Shown here: in pieces, positions 28,337 to 38,693 of the stretch | Position numbering within the stretch: position 1 is the stretch's first letter | Layout: the number at the start of each line of letters is the position of its first letter | Assembly: GCA_964632315.1 (NCBI GenBank) | Contig: CAZWEM010000018.1 | Coordinates: 1 to 64,000, forward strand | Reading direction: 5' to 3' | Source: an uncultured archaeon | Lineage (GTDB): Archaea > Asgardarchaeota > Lokiarchaeia > Sigyniarchaeales > SOKP01 | DNA: 64,000 nt | The notes under the pieces: generated by a model | Database searches by the model: none | The model's input: only the letters and a program-made list of their open reading frames with translations | Told to the model about the DNA's origin: nothing | Program-made: the position numbers and the translations under genes

Positions 28337-30052
28337 TTACATTTGTTCTAATGTATCAATTCCTAATAAATTCAAACCAACTTTAATCACAATCTGAACA
28401 CACACTATCAATAACAGTCTCGCTTTTTCTAACTCCTTATCTTCTGAAATTACTTGACAAGATACATAAAAAGAATTAAATGCTTGACATAGTGATAATA
28501 GATATTGTGGGATGTAATGAATGCTATAGGTAGATTCAACTGAGGAAATTATCTCTGGAAAATATGTTAATTGCTTAATAATTTTTAATTCGGTTTCATG
28601 GGTCAATAAATCCCACTTTACATCTAAATTTATTTTTATTTCCGATTTTGAAACAATCGAACTAATTCGAGCATAACAATATTGTATATAAGGTCCAGTT
28701 TCACCCTCAAAAGAGATACTTTCCTTTGGGTTAAAAATGAAACCTTTTGTAGGATTAAATTTTAATATATAAAATTTTAATGCTGCCAAACCGATTATCT
28801 CAGCTCTCTTCTTCTTTTCTTGAGCATCTAAACTTGGATATCTTGAATCGACTTCATTCATTGCCAAATCTTCCATTTCTTCGATGATGTCATCAGCATC
28901 AACTACAGTTCCTTCCCTACTTTTCATTTTACCGCTTGGTAAATCAACCATGCCATATGATAAATGATAATTATCACCCTCGAAACCGAGCATATCTAAT
29001 ACAGCAAATAACCATTTAAATACTTGAATTTGTTCATCAGCTACCACATAAATCGAGAGATCATAATTAAAATCCTCCTTCTTTTTATAAGCTAAATAAA
29101 TATCTTGGGTGATATAAAGAGAGGTTCCATCATTTCTTATTAAAACCTTATTTTCAAGGTTATATTTTTCTTTTAATCTAGCGATAATGGCACCATCATC
29201 TAATTTTTCGAAGATTCCTCTATTTAAACCATCAAATATTATCTCTTTTCCCTTCAAATAAAGATCTGATTCATAATATTCTTTATCAAAAGCGATTTCT
29301 AATTTTTGATAAGTTTCTTTAAATCCCTCAAGAGCCCATTTTCTCATCTTATTCCATAATGCTAGAGTTGAGGGATCATTATTTTCCCAAGATCTTAATA
29401 ACTTTCTTGCTTCTTCCTCTAAATTGGGCTTTTCTTTAACTTTTTCATTAAATTTGACGTAATAATTTCCGACAAAATGATCACTTTTTATGTCCGGTTT
29501 CTTATCATGACCCCATTTTTCATATGCTAGCATACTTTTACAAATGTGAATACCTCGATCATTATACAAATTCACTTGAAATACTTGATGTTTTTTATAA
29601 ATTAGCAAGTTTGAAATTGATTTACCTAAAAGCATGTTTCTGATATGGCCGAAATGTAAGGGTTTATTTGTATTTGGAGATGGATATTCGATAACTACTC
29701 TTAAGTGCTTTTTCTTATCTACTAAAATTTGACTTTCCTGCTTTCCGTAATCTTCCTTTTGTTTAAAAATAACTTCTAAAATGTGTTGTGTTTTAACTCT
29801 TATGTTTAAGTAAGGTCCTTCAGCTTCGACTATGTCAATAAAATCGGGAATTTCAAGTTTACTTTTTAAATCTAAGGCGATATCTTTAGGAGATTTTTTT
29901 TCTTGTTTTGCTAATCTATAACAAGGGAACGCGTAGGTATAAACGTACTCATCCGGGGGAATCTCAATTAAATTGAATATTTCTTCCAGCGAAAAATAAC
30001 TGATATAAGATTTTAATAATTCTGCAATTTTCAGTTTATCAATAACTTTCAT
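28337..30052 (-). CDS. argS: Arginine--tRNA ligase
   Basis: SPNTNKPLHFGHIRN (HIGH), DGTSLYITQD, KMKSREG, GETGPYIQY..ARI. Confidence 0.95.
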   Translation of the reverse strand: MKVIDKLKIAELLKSYISYFSLEEIFNLIEIPPDEYVYTYAFPCYRLAKQEKKSPKDIALDLKSKLEIPDFIDIVEAEGPYLNIRVKTQHILEVIFKQKEDYGKQESQILVDKKKHLRVVIEYPSPNTNKPLHFGHIRNMLLGKSISNLLIYKKHQVFQVNLYNDRGIHICKSMLAYEKWGHDKKPDIKSDHFVGNYYVKFNEKVKEKPNLEEEARKLLRSWENNDPSTLALWNKMRKWALEGFKETYQKLEIAFDKEYYESDLYLKGKEIIFDGLNRGIFEKLDDGAIIARLKEKYNLENKVLIRNDGTSLYITQDIYLAYKKKEDFNYDLSIYVVADEQIQVFKWLFAVLDMLGFEGDNYHLSYGMVDLPSGKMKSREGTVVDADDIIEEMEDLAMNEVDSRYPSLDAQEKKKRAEIIGLAALKFYILKFNPTKGFIFNPKESISFEGETGPYIQYCYARISSIVSKSEIKINLDVKWDLLTHETELKIIKQLTYFPEIISSVESTYSIHYIPQYLLSLCQAFNSFYVSCQVISEDKELEKARLLLIVCVQIVIKVGLNLLGIDTLEQM

Positions 30053-30173
30053 TTTCAGACAATATTTCTTTAGCTAATATACTTAGATCGATTGAAACTT
30101 TTATCTGCTTTAATATATATATTTTAAATAGCTCATAAAATTTATGCTATTAACTAAAAATGGATGAGTTCTC

Positions 30174-31379
30174 ATGTCTTTTAAACGAGATACCAAAAAT
30201 AATTTTCCAAGTTGGCCAATATATGATGATTCTGAAATCAAAGCATTAGAAAACGTGATTAAGTCTGGTAATTGGTGGTGTGGTGCACCAGGGACACCTG
30301 AAGGAGAAAATCTCTGGAAATTTCAAGAGGAATTCGCGAGATTTCAAGAAGCTAAGCATTGTATTGGTGTTTGTAATGGGACTGTCGGTATAGAAGCTGC
30401 GTTAATGGCATTAGGTATTGGTTTGGGTGATGAAGTGATTGTATCTGATTACACTTTTGTTGCCTCTGCCTCTGCTGTAATAGCTACAAATGCAGTGCCA
30501 ATATTTTGTGATATTGATCCAGAAACTCTTGTTTTAGATGTTAATAAAGTTGATGAATTAATCACACCACGAACCAAAGCGATTATCTCAGTTCATTTAG
30601 GAGGAAATCCAGTAAAAATGGATGCATTATTAGAAATAGCACAAGAAAAAAATTTATATGTAGTAGAGGATTGTGCCCATGCTCATGGTTCACGATATAA
30701 AGGTAAGCGACTAGGTAATTGGGGAGTTGCTGGAGCTTTTAGTTTTCAAGCATCTAAAGTGCTCACAGCTGGGGAGGGGGGTGCAATTATATGCAACTCT
30801 GATGATTTGGCTCACAAGATTTATTCTTATACTGATTGCGGAAGGAAGATAAATAACTATTCTTATAAACATTTTTCCTATGGGACTAATTACAGAATGA
30901 CTGAATATCAAGCGGCAGTACTTCGAGCTCAATTAAGAAAGTTTCCGAGTCAGCATGAGTTGAGGAATAAGAATGCTATATATCTCATGAAAGAACTTAA
31001 TAAAATTGATGGAATAAAAGTGATGAAACCTACTCCTGGTACCTCAGAAATGGGTTGGTATGTATATCCCATAATTTTTGAACCAGAAAAATTTGGGGGG
31101 TTATCTAAATCTCAATTTTACAAGAAACTTAATAGAAGGGGGATTCCAACTGATGATTGTTATCCTCCTTTGCATACTCTAGATTGTTTTAAAAACTTTA
31201 ATCTAAAAAAAGGGATAGATTATTCAAAAGCGAATTGGGGCGGAAATAAAAGTGAAAGCAAGAATTTTCCAATTGTTTCAGATATCTATTCTCGCAGCGT
31301 AGAGTTTCCTCAATTTATTCTTCTCGCATCCAAGCAAAAATTAGATGAGATTGTTGAATTTATCAAATCTTTAATTTAA
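30174..31379 (+). CDS. DegT/DnrJ/EryC1/StrS aminotransferase
   Basis: NGT, GDEVIV..YTFVASA, EDCAHAHG, SFQASKVLTAGEGG, NYRMTE. Confidence 0.9.
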   Translation: MSFKRDTKNNFPSWPIYDDSEIKALENVIKSGNWWCGAPGTPEGENLWKFQEEFARFQEAKHCIGVCNGTVGIEAALMALGIGLGDEVIVSDYTFVASASAVIATNAVPIFCDIDPETLVLDVNKVDELITPRTKAIISVHLGGNPVKMDALLEIAQEKNLYVVEDCAHAHGSRYKGKRLGNWGVAGAFSFQASKVLTAGEGGAIICNSDDLAHKIYSYTDCGRKINNYSYKHFSYGTNYRMTEYQAAVLRAQLRKFPSQHELRNKNAIYLMKELNKIDGIKVMKPTPGTSEMGWYVYPIIFEPEKFGGLSKSQFYKKLNRRGIPTDDCYPPLHTLDCFKNFNLKKGIDYSKANWGGNKSESKNFPIVSDIYSRSVEFPQFILLASKQKLDEIVEFIKSLI

Positions 31380-31384
31380 ATTTT

Positions 31385-32434
31385 TCAAGAATATAGAACT
31401 TCCTCAATTTTCTTTGTTTCTGCGCTTTTATACATTGTCTCAATAATCTTTAGGATCTTTAAACCGTAATTACCATCAGTAAGCGGATCTTCATTATTCA
31501 TTATACAATTTACAAAATATGCCATTTCTTGAGGATATCCAAAATTCCATGCTTCAGATGGGACTGGAAAAGTCCAACCTTTCGTTGAACCTGCTTTTTC
31601 TACGGCATATCCATATCCCTTTTCACTATATACACTAACTAAATTTGAAAAGGTTGGAGCAACTTTCACTTGTCCTTCCGTTCCAAATAGTTCAAATCGC
31701 ATATCGTAACCACCGGGAGCCGTCCAAGATTCCTCAAGTATCACTTGAGCATCATTTTCAAAATATAAAATTCCCACTGCATTATCTTCAACTTCGCAAG
31801 TCCCAAATTCACCTCTATCTGGAACTATAGTTCTTGTCTGACAAAATACTTTTGACACTTCGCAATTTAGATACCAAACAAGACAGGCAACGTCGTGAAT
31901 ACCCAAATCTAATAGAGCTCCTCCTCCAGACTCCTCCATTTTATAAAACCATTTAGAGTGAGGTCCTGAATGTTGCTCTCTACCCCTACCCATATAAATT
32001 CTCCCAATAGCTCCTTCTTGGATAACTTCTTTAACCTTACTAAAGCTAGGGGCATACATGTTGTTTTCACAATAAAAAATTTTCCTATTAGACGATTTCT
32101 CAGAATCTAACATCTCTTGGCCCTCAATGGGATTTCTTGCTAATGGTTTTTCAATTAAGACATGCTTGCCTGAATTTAAAATATCGATAGAAATTTTTTT
32201 ATGTAAATAATTAGGTATGCAAGCAGATATAACATCACACTCAAGCTTTAAAAGATCCTGATAGTTATATATTGGTTTTCCAGGAATTTTATATTTGTTC
32301 ATTAATGTTTTTGCCTCACTCTCATTTATAGATGAGATTCCAATGATTTCAACGTTGGGTAATAACGAAAATGCCAAGCAATGGTGTTCTGCGATGAATC
32401 CTGAGCCGATAATACCTACTTTTACTTTATTCAT
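31385..32434 (-). CDS. Gfo/Idh/MocA family NAD(P)-dependent oxidoreductase
   Basis: GIIGSGFIA, EKPLA, GGGALLDLGIH, VEDNA. Confidence 0.9.
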   Translation of the reverse strand: MNKVKVGIIGSGFIAEHHCLAFSLLPNVEIIGISSINESEAKTLMNKYKIPGKPIYNYQDLLKLECDVISACIPNYLHKKISIDILNSGKHVLIEKPLARNPIEGQEMLDSEKSSNRKIFYCENNMYAPSFSKVKEVIQEGAIGRIYMGRGREQHSGPHSKWFYKMEESGGGALLDLGIHDVACLVWYLNCEVSKVFCQTRTIVPDRGEFGTCEVEDNAVGILYFENDAQVILEESWTAPGGYDMRFELFGTEGQVKVAPTFSNLVSVYSEKGYGYAVEKAGSTKGWTFPVPSEAWNFGYPQEMAYFVNCIMNNEDPLTDGNYGLKILKIIETMYKSAETKKIEEVLYS

Positions 32435-32594
32435 AACACTTCAATTACTTTTTTTATTTAGTTCATTTTAATACTTTAGTAAATTTTATCACAAATTGCT
32501 TTCAATATACATTATCTTGGCGGAATAAATAAAAAGTTTAAACAATTCACTTATAACTAGATTGTCGTATTTATTCAAAGAGAAGGAAATTTAA

Positions 32595-32975
32595 ATGAAA
32601 GAAAAATCCTTTATTGTGCAACTAGGTTGCGGAACGGACCAACATGGACATAATGGAGATTGTACCTCAGCAGCTATTAAAGCTGTTAAAAATGCGATTT
32701 CAAATAATTGTTTAACTGGTCTCAGTGAAATTTGTGGCTTAACTGATCCGAAAGATCTATTACAAATGAGGGTTCATATAAAAATTGGTGCCCCATATCC
32801 AGAAAACTTAAACCATAAGAAAGTTTTAAAAGCCATTCCATTTGGAATTAAGTCACTTGAGGTTGTTAAGGGTGGTTTAATTGCTAACGGGATCATGATC
32901 AAAGAACTAGGAGATACATCTAATGAAATGATAATGTGTAATGCGGCTGTTACTGTTTCAATCTCTTCTAGTTAG
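32595..32975 (+). CDS. Lin0512 family protein
   Basis: LG.GTDQHG..D.T.AA.KAV.NAI..N, AIPFG...VVKGGL, NAAVTV. Confidence 0.8.
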   Translation: MKEKSFIVQLGCGTDQHGHNGDCTSAAIKAVKNAISNNCLTGLSEICGLTDPKDLLQMRVHIKIGAPYPENLNHKKVLKAIPFGIKSLEVVKGGLIANGIMIKELGDTSNEMIMCNAAVTVSISSS

Positions 32976-32986
32976 GTGTACAAAAA

Positions 32987-33556
32987 TTGAAACGATGTGA
33001 ATGGGTGGGTCAGGATCCTCTGATGATAAAATATCATGATGAGGAATGGGGGACTCCTATACATGATGACCAAGTTCTTTTTGAATTATTGATTTTAGAG
33101 GGTATGCAAGCAGGTTTGAGTTGGAGTACAATCCTCAATAAACGTGAAAATTTTCGAAAAGCTTTTGATAATTTTGATTATGAAAAAATATCCTTATATG
33201 GAGATCAAAAAGTAGAAAACTTGCTTCAAGATAAAGGAATTATTCGAAATAACTTAAAAATTCAATCGGTGATTACTAACGCTAAGGAATTCATTAAAGT
33301 GAGGAAAGAATTTGGTTCATTTGATAAATTCATATGGAATTTTGTTGATCGGAAGCCAATTAATAATTCTTGTGAGCATTTGAGTGAAATACCAGCAAAC
33401 AGTACGCTTTCAGATACAATAAGTAAGAATATGAAAAAGAGAGGTTTTAAATTCATTGGGACGACTATCATCTATTCATATCTTCAAGCAATAGGAATAG
33501 TAAATGATCATTTAATCTATTGTTTCAGATACGATGAAATATTAAAGAATTATTAA
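32987..33556 (+). CDS. tag: DNA-3-methyladenine glycosylase I
   Basis: RCEW...YHDEEWG, LEGMQAGLSW, IIRN..KI, GFKFIG, G.VNDH..C. Confidence 0.95.
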   Translation: MKRCEWVGQDPLMIKYHDEEWGTPIHDDQVLFELLILEGMQAGLSWSTILNKRENFRKAFDNFDYEKISLYGDQKVENLLQDKGIIRNNLKIQSVITNAKEFIKVRKEFGSFDKFIWNFVDRKPINNSCEHLSEIPANSTLSDTISKNMKKRGFKFIGTTIIYSYLQAIGIVNDHLIYCFRYDEILKNY

Positions 33557-34860
33557 CTTAATTTGAGATTTTCAAGTTTTAGTTCCTCTTCGGCATATTT
33601 TTTCAAAGCAATCCATTGTTCATCACTAGTTCCGAAATATTTGAAGACAGCAATCCCTAAACCAAAATCAAACCCTCTCATTTGTTTTAACATCTCGTTA
33701 GTGTTGCATTCTACAGAATTTGTCACTGTTAAGACGGGGCTTTTAAATTCATGAGCTCTTTTCTTCATATTTCGAACAAAGTACCAATAAAAAAGATCTG
33801 CCAATTTCCCCCAGTACCATCCGTCATCTCGAGTTCCCATGAGATATGGATATTCCATGGGTGAAGCTACGTCTAAAATTGAGGATAATTTCTGCCAATC
33901 TTGTCCCAATCTTTTTCTTGTAAACAAATTTTTAGGACCTGGAAGACAAAACCATCCAGAAATACAATTATGGTTTGCTTTTTTAATGCTATCATGTAAT
34001 TGTTCAGCATACAAAGCGATAGTATATCCTTTAAAATCATACCATTCTTCACTTTTGATGATTTTGGGGCTATTTCCATACATTTCTCTAAATTTACTCA
34101 TACAACGTTCACAAGTACATAAATCTGGATATCCTCCATCATATCGGATATAATCAGCAAAAATTCCAACAATATTATAATTTTCAACAACTTCCTTGGT
34201 TAAATCAATGAGATAATCCACGTGTTCACTATTGGGACACATGAAACTCGTTGTAGGAATATATCCTTTTCCTCTTGATCCCCTTGCTTTCCCTTTCTTT
34301 TCATCAAACTTTTCAGTGATGAATGGAACTTTCTCTTGATATCTCTTAAATTCAACACCTAAGGGTAAATCAATACGCATTTCGCCTTCTTCATGTGTAG
34401 AAATATCACCCTTTTTATAAGTTCGTCCATTTTTCTTTCCATTTTCTCCATGAACACTAACCCTTTCAGGATGAACATGGCCTTGGTAAGCATCATTCAT
34501 GCTCGTAAAAGAAGCCATTAGTTTAATATTATAATCCTTCCCTGCATCGCAAAATTCACCTAATATATCTCGATTGGTTGGATTCCATCCTACTTTAGTA
34601 TCCCACATGCAAGCACCATCTGTATCCTTAATCACTAATCCCAGTACATTAAAATGAGTTTCTTCAAGTTTCTTCATTACCTTTTGGACATTTAAGGAAT
34701 GTTCAGCAAACTCATAATCGAGTTTTCGAAAACCTTTTGGACCTCTCACGGGCATTAATCCCATGGCAAATACTTTTTGAGTACCAAATTGATTTCTAAA
34801 ATTAATTAGATCTTCCCTTTTAAAATTAAAATATTGAGACCAATTTACTTGCTTAACCAT
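33553..34860 (-). CDS. Putative glycoside hydrolase-like TIM-barrel protein
   Basis: KDTDG, RDILGEFCDA, MCPNS, GIFADYIRY, CTCERC..F, GQDW, SPMEY; resembles GHL/DUF4015-type families. Confidence 0.55.
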   Translation of the reverse strand: MVKQVNWSQYFNFKREDLINFRNQFGTQKVFAMGLMPVRGPKGFRKLDYEFAEHSLNVQKVMKKLEETHFNVLGLVIKDTDGACMWDTKVGWNPTNRDILGEFCDAGKDYNIKLMASFTSMNDAYQGHVHPERVSVHGENGKKNGRTYKKGDISTHEEGEMRIDLPLGVEFKRYQEKVPFITEKFDEKKGKARGSRGKGYIPTTSFMCPNSEHVDYLIDLTKEVVENYNIVGIFADYIRYDGGYPDLCTCERCMSKFREMYGNSPKIIKSEEWYDFKGYTIALYAEQLHDSIKKANHNCISGWFCLPGPKNLFTRKRLGQDWQKLSSILDVASPMEYPYLMGTRDDGWYWGKLADLFYWYFVRNMKKRAHEFKSPVLTVTNSVECNTNEMLKQMRGFDFGLGIAVFKYFGTSDEQWIALKKYAEEELKLENLKLS

Positions 34861-35099
34861 CTGATTATCATTTCAAAATAAAATTTAGTATTAGAAATAT
34901 ATATTAACAATTAATTCTAATTATTTTATCATAGTTGGGTGATCTATATCGTGAATAACATTGGAATTAAAATATTCAATATTTGATATAAGCGAATGGA
35001 TCATAGAATCAAATTTAAAAAGATTAAATAAATTAAATAAGTATAGTCGAAGGCAAAGTATCACAAAAAAAACTCGACTCCGGAGGTATAATTGCAATA

Positions 35100-35621
35100 A
35101 TGTACGATGCAACTTTCAAAATAGTAATTTTTGGTGACGCAGGATGCGGTAAAACTACTTTAACTCAGAGATTTTTGACAAATTTATTCGTATCGGATAC
35201 TAAAATGACGATCGGAGTCGACTTTGAGGTAAAGAGTCTGGTTGTCGATAGTCAGAAGGTAAAACTCCAAATTTGGGATTTTGGAGGTGAAGAACGATTT
35301 CGTTTCCTACTTCCAACTTACGTGAGGGGAGCAAGAGGGGGAATCTTCATGTATGACATCACTAATTACTCCTCTATTGCCCATATTGATGATTGGCTTA
35401 CTGTAATTAGAAAGGAAATTAAAGCGGAAGATCAATTTCCGATAATAGTCGCAGGAGGAAAAGCGGATTTAGCAGAATTTAGGGAAGTTTCAGCAGAAGA
35501 AGGTATCAAAATCTCAAAATCACGTGGTGTTGATGGATTCATAGAGTGTTCTAGTAAAACTGGTGAGAATGTAGAAAAAACTTTTGAAGCTTTAACTGGT
35601 TTGATGTTAAATAATTTTTAA
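35100..35621 (+). CDS. Rab-like small GTPase
   Basis: GDAGCGKT, TIGVDF, WDFGGEERFR, GGKAD, ECSSK. Confidence 0.92.
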   Translation: MYDATFKIVIFGDAGCGKTTLTQRFLTNLFVSDTKMTIGVDFEVKSLVVDSQKVKLQIWDFGGEERFRFLLPTYVRGARGGIFMYDITNYSSIAHIDDWLTVIRKEIKAEDQFPIIVAGGKADLAEFREVSAEEGIKISKSRGVDGFIECSSKTGENVEKTFEALTGLMLNNF

Positions 35622-35624
35622 TAT

Positions 35625-36512
35625 TTATTGTACTGCTTTTTCTTCTTTAGTATCAAACTTTGATTCTGCTTCTTGCAAATTTTTAAGATCTAAACGTCGG
35701 TTTAAAACCATGGTCTGAAACTCGATGTCTTTTCTATATTTACTGGAGAATTCAAGTAAGTCTTCTATCATCTTAACTTCTTTTTCGTCAAGGTTTAACC
35801 CACCAAAGATTGGAATCTCAGCGTAATGCATTTTTAAGGCGTCCATTAATTCATCGGATAAAACATCACTTCGTTCTTTTAGAGCATTTTCTAAGTTGTC
35901 GATCAATTCGTTATATTTTTGCGCCTTCCCGAATTGGCATTTCACGCATTTATCCGCCCGATTCTTCAAAATTAACAAGATTAAAATGCCCAGTATGTAC
36001 TTTAAGTTGTATATGAGTTTTTTGGCATCTCCATTCTTAGAATAATTTTCCACAATTCTTTCAGCTATTGAAAATAAACTTGCAAAATAAATTGCTCTGA
36101 AAAAATAGGGAGGATCAATGCAAAAAAGACGTGTAAACCAGAAAGCACTAAGATCTTGAGGAGGATCTTCAGAAAGAATATAATACACCACACGACCATC
36201 TCTTTCTTTATATAATGTGGATTCACTCTTTAACATGTTTAAATAGGTGGAAACAGTTGAGCGTGCGATCTGCTTGTAGTACTTTTTATATTCGAATTCT
36301 ACATCCCGAGTAGTTACTCTTTTTTTTCCTTCCAAGTAAAATTTTAACATTATTCCTAGTATCCTACTTTCATGAAGTCTGCCCGTTTTGACCTGTTGTT
36401 CCTCAGATTCATCTTCTCTAATGTTATATATTTCAGATATTTCAGGTACAAACTCTTGTATGAATTTTTCTAAAATATAAATGTTTAATTCTGAAATTTT
36501 TAGTCTCTCCAA
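35625..36512 (-). CDS. Winged-helix domain putative transcription regulator
   Basis: VTTRDV...IARSTVSTYLNML...KERDGRVVYY wHTH pattern; CxxC in C-terminal part. Confidence 0.65.
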   Translation of the reverse strand: MERLKISELNIYILEKFIQEFVPEISEIYNIREDESEEQQVKTGRLHESRILGIMLKFYLEGKKRVTTRDVEFEYKKYYKQIARSTVSTYLNMLKSESTLYKERDGRVVYYILSEDPPQDLSAFWFTRLFCIDPPYFFRAIYFASLFSIAERIVENYSKNGDAKKLIYNLKYILGILILLILKNRADKCVKCQFGKAQKYNELIDNLENALKERSDVLSDELMDALKMHYAEIPIFGGLNLDEKEVKMIEDLLEFSSKYRKDIEFQTMVLNRRLDLKNLQEAESKFDTKEEKAVQ

Positions 36513-36691
36513 TTTTTTGATAGAATATTAAAAAAAACCTAACTTTTTAATAATTTATGTTCGATTATATTAGAAACTCCTCAATTTTCTTTTTAATGAA
36601 AGAATTATAAGAAACAATAAAGGTTTTTACTAAACTAAATAATCTAATGTGAAAAAAAATTAAAAAAAGTGGATAGAAGGGGAATATTTTA

Positions 36692-38536
36692 TTACGCATC
36701 CCCATATTTTTCTTTCCAGATTTGGTCGTTTATTTGAAGTACTCTTCGTTGAACTTTTCCGAGTACATCTTTAGGAACTTCATTTATGAATTCTATAATT
36801 GCAGGACACTTCCATCGAGTCATGTTTTCCTGAGTCCAGTCAATTAGTTCTTGTTCTGTTATCTTTCCAACATAATCTGGTTTTAATTCAACCCAAGCTT
36901 TGGTTATCTCTCCAACCTTTCCCTCAGGATCAGGTAAACCAGCAACAGCAGCTTCAGAGACAGCCTCATTTTTCATTAACATTGACTCTACTTCTTTTGG
37001 AAAAACTGAATGCCCTGCGACCTTAATTAATTGCTTCTTTCTGTCTCTAATTTCAATCGTACCATCTTCATTCATGAAACCTATGTCTCCTGTTAAGAGC
37101 CATAATTTACCATTATATTCTTTTATAGTATCATTTGTTTCTTCTTCTTGCTTGAGATATTCATACATTACCTGCGGTCCATGGACACATATCTCTCCAG
37201 TATATTCTTCTCCAAAATTAGTATCATTTGAATTGCCCAAACATAATGGTCCAGCGGAAAAATCGTCAGCAGGCCAAATACCCCATTCTGTTCCTGGAAA
37301 TGGCATTCCAATCGTGCCAAGTGGGCTTTCTCCAAATAAGTTTCCCGCACTAACCACCGGAGTTGCCTCTGAGAGACCATATCCCTCAACTATTCTCCCT
37401 CCAGTATTCTTTTCAAAAGCATCTCTTACAGGAGCATGTAAAGGACCTGCTCCAGAAACACTTAGCTTTAATTTTCCCATAAGTGTTGGAAATTTATCTA
37501 ACTCGGGAAACTCCGCTATTCTTTTAAATAGAATCTCAGCTCCAGCATATAACAATCCTTCAGGTGCATCAGTCTCTTCTATGTGTTCCAAGAGTTCTTC
37601 TGTTGGAGGGGGCGATGGAAATAACATTATCCATCCACCTAATGCGATACTAGCATGCATTACTACGGTATGTCCAAAACTATGGAAAAATGGCAAGACT
37701 CCAATACTTCCTATACCGGGCCTTTCTCCTCCAAACCATGCTTGACATTGTAATGCATTTGATACCACATTGAAATGAGTAAGAACCGCAGCCTTAGGTA
37801 ATCCTGTTGTTCCTCCTGTCATGATATATGTTGCAGGATGCGTTTTTACATCAATATCTACTTTTGGAACATTTGACTCAATATCCATCAACTTCATGAA
37901 TTCGTGAGCATTAGGGACTTGTACTTTACCTTTTGGGATCTTCCCTAATAATTTTCCCAATGTTCTTTTAAATCCTAATCCAGAAGCTAAATCTGCTAAA
38001 TTAGTTGAGATGAATATTTCGATATTAGTTTTTTCTATTATAGATCCGATGTAGGGAAGACCGAATTTTTTACGACTTTTACTGTTTTCATCATACATCG
38101 CATCATACGCGATTAAAACCTTCGCATTTGTTATAGTAAGCTGATGAAGAATTTCTAGTGGTTTATAGGTCGGATTTACTCCTGTAATTATCGCTCCAAT
38201 TTTTACAGCCGCAAAATATGCGACCATATATTGAATACAGTTACCCATAAGCAGAGCAACTACATCTCCTTTCTTCACTCCTAACTTATGGAGTGCTGTG
38301 GCGAAACGATCTGCATAATTTTGAACTTGCTTATATGTAACTACTGTTTCTAAGAACCAGATCAATTTATCATTAGGATATTTATTTACTTGCTTTTCAA
38401 AAAACTTATCTATCGTTTCTTCTGGAAAATTAATGTTTTTTGGGACATTTTCAGGCCACCATTTCTGAAACCAGCGCTTATTTTCATTGACTTGATAATT
38501 ATCTTCTCTAATTATTGGAATATTATTCACATCCAA
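36692..38536 (-). CDS. fadD: Long-chain-fatty-acid--CoA ligase (AMP-binding)
   Basis: MTGGTTGLPKAA, PFFHSFG, EGYGLSEA, GPQVM..Y, TGDIG, DRKKQLI, GKVQRR. Confidence 0.88.
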   Translation of the reverse strand: MDVNNIPIIREDNYQVNENKRWFQKWWPENVPKNINFPEETIDKFFEKQVNKYPNDKLIWFLETVVTYKQVQNYADRFATALHKLGVKKGDVVALLMGNCIQYMVAYFAAVKIGAIITGVNPTYKPLEILHQLTITNAKVLIAYDAMYDENSKSRKKFGLPYIGSIIEKTNIEIFISTNLADLASGLGFKRTLGKLLGKIPKGKVQVPNAHEFMKLMDIESNVPKVDIDVKTHPATYIMTGGTTGLPKAAVLTHFNVVSNALQCQAWFGGERPGIGSIGVLPFFHSFGHTVVMHASIALGGWIMLFPSPPPTEELLEHIEETDAPEGLLYAGAEILFKRIAEFPELDKFPTLMGKLKLSVSGAGPLHAPVRDAFEKNTGGRIVEGYGLSEATPVVSAGNLFGESPLGTIGMPFPGTEWGIWPADDFSAGPLCLGNSNDTNFGEEYTGEICVHGPQVMYEYLKQEEETNDTIKEYNGKLWLLTGDIGFMNEDGTIEIRDRKKQLIKVAGHSVFPKEVESMLMKNEAVSEAAVAGLPDPEGKVGEITKAWVELKPDYVGKITEQELIDWTQENMTRWKCPAIIEFINEVPKDVLGKVQRRVLQINDQIWKEKYGDA

Positions 38537-38693
38537 ATTTTTTAGTTCACTTAATTTATCATGATAATTATTATTTTCGATATTAAATTAAACATTCTCG
38601 ATCACGATACTGATATTTTATTTAAATAATTCATCAATGAGCATAATCGATAAAAAAATAGGAAATTAAAAAAAAGAAAGAATTTTGTTTTAT

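Noticed and set aside
34921-35112. 63-aa minus-strand ORF upstream of the GH-like gene
   Set aside because: It overlaps the start and promoter region of the GTPase gene, and is low-complexity AT-rich sequence with no motif
36900-37745. 281-aa plus-strand ORF
   Set aside because: It lies entirely antisense to the acyl-CoA ligase and has a Pro/Ser-rich composition typical of a shadow frame
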